The notes under the pieces were generated by a model that was given only the letters and a program-made list of their open reading frames with translations, made no database searches and was not told where the DNA came from. A stretch of 64,000 nt of DNA from the NCBI RefSeq assembly GCF_009914755.1, contig NC_060931.1; one strand, 5' to 3'. Below are positions 39,805-57,480 of the stretch, piece after piece (the stretch's first letter is position 1; every line of letters starts with the position of its first letter). The DNA comes from the human T2T-CHM13v2.0 reference genome, Homo sapiens. The position numbers were made by a program, and so were the translations under genes.

Positions 39805-40010
39805 ATAGTGGTTAAGCTTAATGATGACAAAATAGAGGGCCTAGGTTCGAATCTTGGTTCTGCTGCTTACTAGTTGAGTGATAACGATGGAGGAGTTTAA
39901 CTACTCTCAGTTTTTGCATTTATAAAATGGAAATTCTAAAGTTGTTCCAGTGCGTAAATAAGATACTGAATATAAGTTGACATAGTGCTTGAGACCTTTT
40001 AGGTACTCAT
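39805..40010 (+). mobile_element. MIR relic
   Basis: tagtggttaag...cctaggttcgaatcttggttctgctgcttactag...ctcagtttt...tataaaatgg. Confidence 0.7.
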
Positions 40011-40722
40011 CCATTCTTACTCTGTTATAGATAAAAGAATAAATGTTTAAAAATCTTGGTAACGATTGAAAGAAAAATAATAACATTTATTCAGATTTTT
40101 AAAATTTCTCATAAATATGTCTTGGTAAACATACCATAATTACATAATTATGTTAATTATATTACAATGAAATTATCTTCTTGGGGAAATTTAGACAGTC
40201 CTTTTAAGGGTTTTTTAAATAAAAAACATTCATACCCAGTCAACTTTGTGAGAGAGCAGTAATAATAAAAAGACAAGGAACATGAATGAATGACATTGTA
40301 TTGACAGAATGAAAGTTGAAGTATTCAAAAATAAAATTTCAGGGTGTTAAATTAATACAGTTGGTTATATGTAAAAGTACCTTTGGCTGCAGATCACTTC
40401 TTAATAATTCCATAAATGACTGAGAGAGATCAGACTCTTGCTTTCTAAATTCTAATGATAGGTACAAATGTGTGTTTCTGCTAAAAGGCTGTCTAAATTT
40501 TAAAATTAGTAAATAAACAAAATCTGTTTGATTTAAAAGTCAAAGTTCTAAATTATGAGATAAATGTGGAGAAATTTTGTGACAGCCAAAATATTTATTA
40601 CTTTGTGGCTAAGAGTTTAGTCTATCTACATGTCATTCTTTCCACCGTAACAAAACTTCAAAGTATAATACCAACATTCTATAAATAAATTTAGGTGTCT
40701 ACAGTTTAAAACACTATGGACA

Positions 40723-41078
<356 letters not shown>

Positions 41079-41584
41079 TCAAGTATTTTTAATTCTACTA
41101 TTTCTGTATTTCCAAATAATAACTTTTGCTCTTTTGAATTCTTATTCCTATTTTAAAATTTTTAACTAATATTCTTATTGTTTATCTGGTTCATTTAATT
41201 TAATGTTAATACATTTATTTTTCACTTTTTTCTTATTTGATAAGTTTTTTAAGACAACAAATTACCCTTTGGCCACGACTTTAGCTGTGTTGCATAGGTC
41301 CTGATTCAGAGTGTTTTCACTTTTATTTTCTATATATTCTGAAATCTCTGCTTTGATTTCATATTTTTAAAACTGCTTTTCATCTTCATTTGATTATATC
41401 AATAGGAAAGGAAATTTTCATTATGCCCAGAGTGCAGGTACTATCTTTTTATTCACTGCTTTTATTTCAAAGTAGGACAATGTCATGCATTACTTATACT
41501 GTGTCTGCCAGAGAAAGCTCTCTTCCACTCACACAAGCCTCCATTCTCCTTTGCCTCATAGAGCTAGTTGCTTGGAAAGACTCA

Positions 41585-42215
<631 letters not shown>

Positions 42216-42349
42216 AAACTTTCTGGCCCAGGCTTTTGATTTTCAGTGATCAGTGTGATGACCTCTTTTGCTGAAGGTTTATTCATCACTAGGGATAATG
42301 AGAGACTGGATGTTAGAGTCAAAAGCCTATATGTGTGTGTATGTATATA

Positions 42350-47423
<5,074 letters not shown>

Positions 47424-47794
47424 TTTGTTTATATTTACCAGATATAAAATTTTCTAAATGTGAGGTGCTAGAGATGTGTGTGATTTTTTTTACTTGCTAT
47501 TTTAGAAAAATTACTATTTTAAAGTCATAACCATAAATATTGAAATTCAAAATTTTCACACGTTATAACTTTTTCAGAGGATAAAAAGGTTTTCCAGGGT
47601 AGAATTTCATTCAATTAGATCACAGTGAAACTAAAAATAACCTTAGAACAAAAAAGATACTGCCATTGTATTTATTCTAGGTCACTGTACAATCCCCACC
47701 TGTTCTCTTGGCAAATTTTAGTCTATAGATGTTACTGTACTAATTTTCACACCCTTTTCCAAGAAATGAAAATTATCATATTTACTATCCAAAG

Positions 47795-48450
<656 letters not shown>

Positions 48451-50539
48451 TTAGAGCAAATCATTCCCAGTATCAAGATAACCTGGAATACCAAATTCCA
48501 TGTAAATTTTTAATAGTTTTAAAATTATATTGCCAAATTAATAAGGTTGCTTAGAAGCAAAGAATCAGAACAGAGGAACATGGATTATCTGAAGGAACAT
48601 TTCATCTAAAACCAGGTAGCTTCCAGGTAATTATCAATATCCCACAAAAAAGCGTATCACATGGAAACTGCTAATAAATATCTCCTTGCCCACGTGTGAA
48701 GTTTTCTCATTTTACAAATCCACAGTCAAGCAGAGACTTCAAAATTTCAGTGGGGATAAGCAGTATTCCTAATGGTTTTGCCGGCTCTAACTCTGGCTAA
48801 TTTTTTTTGAAGATGACATTTCCGACTATATTATCTCTTAACAACACATTGAAGGCAGATAAAAGCCAGGAGTTATAAGACCAATCTCTATCATATGGGC
48901 AACACTATAGGTAGATACATATTTAACCTTATTTTACCAAGGAAAATGTGAAATAATTTGTTTGTTAAATGTACCAGTGGGTTTCTATTTTCAGTTTCCT
49001 AAGGAAACTATCATTATCCCTTATTTTCTTTCAGGAATTAAAAACCACACAGTAAGTAGATTTATTTCATATAATTTTTAGAGGTTGTTTATATTACCAA
49101 GATGTTATAAAGCCATTTATCATATATATTTCTTGTGTGTGCAGTCCTATCTCATGTGATAATATAGATGTTCCCTTTTGCAAAGCTGTTGTATCCAGAA
49201 TAAAGAAGAATCTAGGAGGAAGGTGAGGAAGTCTGAAACAATCCGACAGAACAATGAGTGGTTCCTTAATCATTTCTGAGTATTTCCTTGCACAGATTTT
49301 AGATATTATATCTGTTCTGAAAAAAATATATAAATAAGATAATCAAACCAAAATATCTTTTGCAAATGTCTCCTTGGCTAATGAAGTCCATAGCTTGGAT
49401 TCAGCATTTTATACTTAGAGTTATCTAAGGTCTTCAGGAATATATAAGTTAGAGAGTTAAATCCACCTTCTCATTTTGAAAATAGCAATAGATGGATGTC
49501 TGTTGTGTCAGAAAAGAAGAATCCTAGAAGCCTCCCAAAAGTGTGCTAAGTAATTTGTATGGCTTAATTAACATTACGTTCTACTGAAATCATGAAATGA
49601 AGGTATGATTAAATATTTCTAAAGTATGGAAAATTTTAGGAAAGATACATGTTTGTGTTAATTTTGCTTAATATTGCCAGCTATTTTATTAAAATCCAAG
49701 AGGAGTTCTTTTCTTCCTCGGGGAATTTAAATTTTTATAAAATAGTCATAACTAGGTATCCTGCTAATGTCCTACTCATGATAAATCCCCTAAGATTTCA
49801 GGTCCAGGAACTAGGGGCCTAGGACTGGGCCCAGGAACTAGGGGCCAGTAGAAGTCATTACTGTACTTATTGAAGGCGGCAGTAATGATGGTAATGGTGG
49901 TGTGTGTGTGCGTTTGTTTTGTCTCCATGGCAATTTGTTTAAATATTCCAACTGTATGAAGAGAAATCATCCCAAATGAAACTATTTTTAAAAGAAAAAC
50001 AAAGTGTTACATTTTTTTCACATGCCTCTATAACTTTTATCCAAATTGTCATTGATCACTCCTTAATCAGCTATAAATATGTAAATATTGATAATAGTAT
50101 TATCTAACTCAAATTTAAATGTTTTAACCTTAAGAAATTTATAGAAAACATTTGTCAAATGCTTTACTGAAAAATAATCTGTCATGAAATCCCCATGATT
50201 TAGTATTCTACCAATTATTTTTGAAAAATATATTATCGTTTTATTTTCACATTCTTTTATAATTATTTACACTTGTCATTTCAGTAATACTTTCTAGAAT
50301 CTCACCAGAAACTGAAACTTACCAGTTTTGTTTTATCTAGTACTTGCTATCTCCTCCCACCACATGTAAACACACTAGGGTAATTAAGACAAATTGAAGC
50401 TAAGACATATTATAAAGAACTATAATGAACCCACCTCTTGTCTACTTGACACCCAAGATATTTAGAAATTATTAAACTGACAAAATTCAACTAAAAAGAA
50501 TATTTTATAGGTACTCAGTCTTGGTAAAGGAGAAAGCCC

Positions 50540-50720
50540 TAGAGTAGAAATCAAGAAGAAGACTTTTAGTTCTGGCTCTGACACAAATTAGCTACATGGT
50601 CTTCAGTATGTCTTAAATTTTTTTTGTTTCTTCATCTGCAAGATGGGATTAAGAAAAGATCTGTTCAATTGGTGGAGTTATTTTGCATTTTATTGAAGTT
50701 AATACATATGGAAATCTTTA
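50540..50720 (+). mobile_element. MIR relic
   Basis: ttttagttctggctctgacacaaattagct...gtttcttcatctgcaagatggg. Confidence 0.6.
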
Positions 50721-51332
50721 GAAATATATAAAATGTTCTAAAATTTTGTGGTCTAACATTAAATCAATTCTACTTAAATTTACTTATATATTGATCTTCT
50801 ACTATGTTTTAATTTCTGTGCCACTTTCAGTTATAATTAGATTTATAATAATTTCCACCAATGAATGTGGGGTCAAGGCAAGATTATGACCATGTGACTA
50901 ACAAAAATTCTGATGTTTTAGAAAAATCTAGTTTTCTTCCATCCTGCTCCACAGAATCAGCCTGTGCGCGTGTGCATGTATATATATGTGCATGTGGTTT
51001 TTATGTTGGGAGGTGTACACTGAGAAATTACAGCATAAGGATCTACTTAACTTCTATTACTGACAATGCTGGAGCATGCCCCCAGAAAGAGGTACTAGAT
51101 TCAAGTCACACAGTATTATGACTCACTTTGTTCGCAACCATATCACCAACTTAATCACAGCAACCAGAAGCAATTCATTAAGAGCCACATGATGGTCATG
51201 ATGTCTGGCTATAACAAGTTTTTTTGTTTGTGTGTTTGTTTAAAAAAAAATTAGAATGCCTTAACCAAAACAAGTCACTTAGTAGTCCAAAACATACCAC
51301 CACACTCATAACTGTTAGAATACAAGATAATG

Positions 51333-51457
51333 ATTTGTGTTTCTCTAATAACCAGTGATGATGAGCATTTTTTCATGTTTGTTGACTGCATAAATGTCTA
51401 ACAAACCTACATGTTCTAAACATGTACCCCAGAACTTAAAGTATAATTTAAAAAAAA
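51333..51457 (+). mobile_element. Miniature 5'-inverted L1PA insertion (about 125 bp)
   Basis: Inverted ORF2 piece 51331-51399 plus L1 terminal aacaaacct...agaacttaaagtata and poly(A); TSD agaatacaagataatg (51317-51332 / 51458-51473). Confidence 0.92.
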
Positions 51458-52623
51458 AGAATACAAGATAATGCCATATATGCTGCTAGTAAACTACAAT
51501 TAATTCAGGATGATAATATCAAGAATATTAATGATGTTCCAGTTAAACACTGGCTCATATAATACTGTTTTTGAACTTATTTCTGGTTTGTAGAGGACTA
51601 ATGATCTGTATATGAATACACGACTAAAACTTAGGATGAAAATGTCCCACTAAGACTGAAGACTAGTATCTGAAACAGGCTTTAGAATTTAAAATTGCAT
51701 TGCTACATTCAGCAGTATCTGCTAAAGTGCAATTCTTTATTAATATTCACAATCCATGCACATTGCTCCCAAGAATACCCAACACCAAATAAAATTAGTC
51801 ATCAATAAGTCTTCTTCTCTTGAATTATATGTTAAATCTCCTCTGATCCATGCTAAAATCTATGATCCCTAAAATCCTTTTCAAATGTGACCTACTCACA
51901 TGGGCTGCTCACATTTATCACTGGTAAGTTTTATTTAATTAAAAAATTTTTCTTAACACCTTTTGACTACTCAGAAATAGGTATGTATATCGGTATTAGG
52001 TAGCTATTAGTAACCCCGTTCACTAGGCATAGAGCCTTAGACAAATTCAGAGAGATGGCAAAATTTGGTATTTTTCTCCAGTAACATTGAATCCAAGAGG
52101 AAGGCAATATACAAGAAAATTACCTCTGACTGAGTCCAGACAGGGTTATCCATAGCTACACATTACTAAGTAATATTTTACAGTTTCGTATCTATAAGGT
52201 GAGAGAAAAAGAATGTGATCTGTTAGAGACATTTTATCTTATAATTTAATATAATCAACATTTACCTCTCACAAAAAGTATTCACTGGGTTGTTTATAAT
52301 GGTGGCTTTATTATGGCCCATCTGCTTTATTTGCAGCCTGGGTGACCAGATGGCTGGGTCAAGGGAGCTTCATCTTTCTTGCCTAAATACAAAGAACACT
52401 TAAAATAGATTGTAGTATGTGTGATCAGAAACTAGCTTACTGCTGACCATTATCTATGTATAATCAGTTTATTTAAATGTAATTATTGTAAAAGTAAAAT
52501 CCATGTCTTAGGCATATATATTCCTAATTTAGCATTGCACTGAACACATTGAAGCCATGCACTAAATAGTTATTGTTGATTGTAAGGAGCAAACTTAGTA
52601 CAATCCACCCAGTAATATTTTCT

Positions 52624-52937
52624 TATGTATTTATTTGAGATGGAGTTTCATTTTTTCGCCCAGCCTGGAGTGAAGTGGTGCCATCTCGGCTCACTGCAGC
52701 CTCTACTCCCCCCACCACCACCCCTAGCCTGGGTTCAAGCGATTCTCCTGTCTCAGCCTCCCGACTATCTGGGATAATAGGCACCCGCCACCATGCCTGG
52801 CTAATTTTTGTATTTTTAGTAGAGACAGGGTTTTGCCATGTTGGCCAGGCTGGTCTCAAACTCCTGACTTCGAGTGGTCCACCCGCCTCAGCCTCCCAAA
52901 GTGCTAGGATTACAGGTGTAAGCCACCGCGCCTGGCC
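52624..52937 (-). mobile_element. AluS SINE with a C-rich internal insertion of about 20 bp
   Basis: gagatggagtttc...ccccccaccaccacccctag...ccaccgcgcctggcc. Confidence 0.93.
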
Positions 52938-54254
52938 CGAAAAAATATTTAAATAACACTCAGTGGCCCAAGAAAAATCTTGCCACAGGCTCAATAATAT
53001 GTATAACTATTGGTAACTCCTTTATAAATATTGGTAACTCTGACAAAAATAACAGCACTAATTTTTTACCCACTACTAATGTACTACTTAAGGTAACTAA
53101 GGGCCTGAAAAAGCACCCAAATTATTTCAAGAACTAATTTATAAACTAAGAATTTGTCTGATTAAGGAAATTTTATTTTGACCATGCTTTCTTTTTAAAA
53201 TCATCAATAGGTAACATACTAGAGAAACAAAAATTTCCAAGATGTGTTTGTGTATGGTGGTTATTTAAATAATAAACACTAATAGACAAAATGCAGTAGT
53301 ACATCAAGAATAATTGCCAGGTTATTTACAAAAGCTCATCAAATTGAGATCATAATTATAGTACTGCTTCAAGGTATAGACAGGAATCCTCAAAAAGATG
53401 CATGTTTTAAATGGTGACAGTTATACTTAGTATAGATATAAATTTTTATGATGTCCTGTTTATTTTCAAAGTAATAGAAAATTTCTGTCTTCTTAAATGA
53501 TCTCTTTCTCTCTCCCTCGCTCTCTCCCTTCTCTCTCTTCTCACTCACTTTCAATTTAAGAAATAAAAGAGATCTTTGCTGTAGGCAAAAGCACAGACTA
53601 ATAATTACATTCAGGTAACATTTAGAGATTTCTATTTGTTTTTCAAATTTAGCTAGTTCTCTTCCTTCCAATTTACTCTTGGAATGCAAATTAACACAAA
53701 CATATGTGGGGGGGGTGGCAAATATATCTTCATAAACATAAGCATCTCTGATTTATTAGCAATCTGATTATTGATAAAATTTACCTTATTTAGTATCAGA
53801 AGTGTGTTGCACTGACTTTTTCATCCCCTTTACTTATTTTCTTATACAAATTCAATATTTGAAATATCTTAACTTTTGTATAAAGTTTTATAGAAAGAGT
53901 CATAGTATATTTTAAGATTATACTGCTAAAGAAATTATCTTTTTTATAGTAAAGAAAAATAGGATAAATAGCATTTATTTATAGGATATCAAAACAATTA
54001 TTTGAAAACTGAAAAAAATTCATTAGCATTTTAAATAATTTTTATATATAAAGTTGCTCAATTTAAAATACCACGATATGGGTAATGCTGAATATGTTAT
54101 CATCTACTTGGGGTGGTTTCTGAATGGCTACATTTAACAGAAAATGTGTTAGCTAAATGAAAATGGAATTTATTTAGTGGTTTTTATCTCCAAGAAAAAG
54201 GAAAGAAGGAAAACACCTTTTGAATATTGCACTCCTCCTGCCTCTGTAATAGGC

Positions 54255-54370
54255 TTTTGCTTTAATTATCTAATTTAAATCTCACATACGTCCTACCAAA
54301 AAATATTGGAATAATTATCCACATTTTGTAGATGAGGAAACTGATATTTTCAGAAGCCAGGTAATTTTCT
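54255..54370 (-). mobile_element. MIR relic
   Basis: ttatctaatttaaatctcaca...ttatccacattttgtagatgaggaaactga. Confidence 0.65.
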
Positions 54371-55175
54371 TGTGGTAATTTTTGCTGTTGTTCTGTTGTT
54401 ATTCATACATGAATTTTTTCCAATAAATTTAATAAATCTCATTAGGATACATAAATATGGCCAGCTAAATTAAATTTAGAGTAAGTGAGGTTGAGGTATA
54501 GAAAAACTAAGTGAAGTTATATATAGCTTCTAATGATAGACCACAACTTTAAGCATTCTAGCAGATAAAATTTAAAATATAGTTAATATGATATATACTA
54601 TCCACAAGTTTAAAACAAGCAGTTGCTTAGGAAATTACCTTTATTTTTGTTTGGTAAACTCATGGTACAATTACTGTCACATGGGGGATTTTATAAAACT
54701 ATTTCTTAAAACTCGTGTAACTTTATTATATTATATTGTCCTGGGACAAAGAATGCATAGTTCATCAGCAGTCTATTGCTGGATGGTGGAAGAAGAGGTG
54801 TTTCCTTTAGGAGAATACTTTATAGCCATTGAAAACAATGTTTTTGAAAAATATTTATTACCATGGATATTGGTCACAATACATCGTTAAATAAAATATA
54901 TAAACATATAAAAATAAAAATTTGTATTCTCATACACTTACCATGTTTAAGTTTTTCCATATTTTCTCTTCAGTTCTAACATAAGTGCTTCCAATTTGTT
55001 ACTACTAGAAACAGAAGTAATATTTTTAATTATTAAGTAGTAATTGGATCATATTTCTTTCTGATAGTAACCATCAAATGCTAAATAACTTTTAAAATAT
55101 CACAAAATATAAAAATATATTAAGGTAATATAAACACCTTTAACAATTCTCTTTCAAATGTAAATGTTCTGCAGT

Positions 55176-55336
55176 GTTTTTTTGTTTTTTTTTAATTATA
55201 CTATTATTATACTTTAAGTTTTAGGGTACATGTGCACAAAGTGCAGGTTTGTTACATATGTATACATGTGCCATGTTGGTGTGCTGCAACCATTAATTCT
55301 CACTCATAGGTGGGAATTGAACAATGAGAACACATG
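55176..55336 (-). mobile_element. Miniature 5'-inverted L1PA4-like insertion (about 160 bp)
   Basis: Poly(T) and L1 3' end to ccattaa, then a 40-bp opposite-strand 3'UTR piece ttctcactcataggtgggaattgaacaatgagaacacatg; TSD atgttctg(c/t)agt. Confidence 0.9.
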
Positions 55337-57158
55337 TTCTGTAGTTTTTATTGCACCAAGAGAATAAAGTTGGCAATTAACCTGTTGTCATGGGATCTAA
55401 ATTCCAATTTGTCACATGACCTTAAAATGCACAACAGAATATTCTATCTTAAGGTAATGTAAGTGTACATAATAAATTAAGATAAAAATTGAAGTAGAGT
55501 ATGGAACACACCCTTCTATTCATTACTGTTTTTCTGACAGGTTAACTAGCTTCATGCCAACAAACTAACAATTTCCATTTTCCAGTTCTCTAGTAAAAAG
55601 GGTAAACACATTCCAGAAAACATAAAAATACCTTCAAAACATTTTGGAACCTGCAAATATATAAACCAGTCTTTTCATTAGTGCTATAACATTTAATGAC
55701 ACTTTCACTTATAATTGGCTTTTTTTTTTTTAATTCGGGATTACATTATGTGCCTTCTATGTCTTTCTCAACTTTTATCTCTTCTCCACAGCTCATTAGG
55801 CAAAGAAGGGAGAAAATAGGAACACAAATTACATGGCTTTATCGTTGGTCCTTTAGGCGAGATACACATCTATGCTCCTTAGAGAGTTACCTATATTCCA
55901 AAAATCAGCAGCAGTTCTAAGTTGTTTTCCGTTCTACAGTATATTTGATATTTCCTAGTGTCCTTGATAAATCTTCCTTGGATAAGTACTATAGAACTTT
56001 TGTCTAATTACATACTAACAGAAGAAAAGTTGACAAACACAAAAAATATATCACCACTGCAAAACTTTCATGTGTATCTCTTATTCTATGTAGGTTACAA
56101 CACATGTATTTTAAAAGTTATTTTATATTATACAAAACAGTCTTGTAGCACTTCCTCAACTCTAGCAATGCACTCTGCAAACAAATTTTAATAGCTAAAT
56201 ATTTCATCATCTTGGTATACTGTCATTTACTAAATAACTTTAAGGTTATATCCACTTTTTGCTATTGAAAATAAAGCTGAGGAAGAGTCCAAGATGGCAG
56301 ACTAGAAGCAGCTAATATGCGTTGGCTCTCAGAAAGAGAAACGGAAGGGGCGAGTAAATACAGCACTTCCAACAGAAACATCCAGGTACTTGCATTGGGA
56401 CTAATCAAGGAAACGACTTGACCCACGGAGACAGAGAAAAGCAAGGCAGGACAACCGCCCACCTGGGGGCAGCACGGAGCCAAGGGAGCCTCCCCCGTCC
56501 AAGGAAGTGGTGAGCGAACGTGCAACCCCAGGGATCCATGATTCTCCCATGTATCTTTGCAACCCTTGGGTCAGGAGATCCCCTCGTGGACCCACTCCAC
56601 GAGGGCCTTCAGTATGACACACAGAGCTACCTGGAGTCTTGGCACGGCAGCCGCTCAGGCACGCATGGAGACCAGGAAGACTTAGAAACTCCGGCTTTCT
56701 GAGCTTTCTGGCAAAAGTAGCTCTGACTCTGGCAAAGTGGGAGGTTGGATCCCCATACATACCCCTAAAAAGGAGGCTGAATCCACGGGGCTGAGCAGCG
56801 ACCATCTGCAGACCCCACTTCCCTGGCACCTCACGGGATAAGACCCACTGGCTTGGAATTCCAGCCAGCCGCTGGGAGCAGTGTTACATCTTTCTGAGAT
56901 GGTGCCCCTGGAGGTGGGGGAGTAGGGGACACCATCTTTGCTGTTTGGGTGACTTAGCCGTTCCAGCCTTCGGGCTTTGAAGTGTCTGAGCTGACTGAGC
57001 ACGGAGGCAGTGCCTCAGCACAGCGCAGCTGCTCTACCAAATCATGGCCAGACTGCTTTATCAAGCAGGTCCCTGATCTCATTCCTCTTCACTGGCTGGG
57101 ACCTCCCAGCTGGAGTCTTCAGCCACCCCCACCAGTGATCTCCACTTGACGCAGTTTT

Positions 57159-57480
57159 TTTGTTGTTTGTTTGTTTGGTTTTTGTTTGTTTGCTTTTTGA
57201 GACTGAGTCTCACTCTGTCTCCCAGGCTGAAGTGCAGTGGTGCGATCTCGGCTCACTGCAACCTCCACCTCCCGGGTTCAAGAAATTCTTGTGCCTCAGC
57301 CTCCTGAGTACCAGGGATTACAGGCACCCGTCATGACGCCCAGCCAATTTTTGTATTTTTAGTAGAGACGGGGTTTCACCATGTTGGCCAAGCTGGTCTC
57401 GAACTCCTGACCTCAAGTAATCTGCCTGCCTTGGCCTCCCAAAGTGCTGGGATTACAGGCGTGAATCACCACGCCCGACC
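57159..57480 (-). mobile_element. AluSx-like SINE in the L1 5'UTR
   Basis: Full dimer, (TTTG)n tail, TSD tga(c/t)gcagtttt (57147-57158 / 57481-57492). Confidence 0.96.

Noticed and set aside
52300-52360. Paired inverted CAGATG E-boxes as an enhancer
   Set aside because: Short motifs alone are not sufficient without conservation or chromatin data.
53008-53040. 12-bp direct repeat tattggtaactc as a TSD scar
   Set aside because: The spacer is not poly(A) and there is no endonuclease consensus; probably ordinary slippage.
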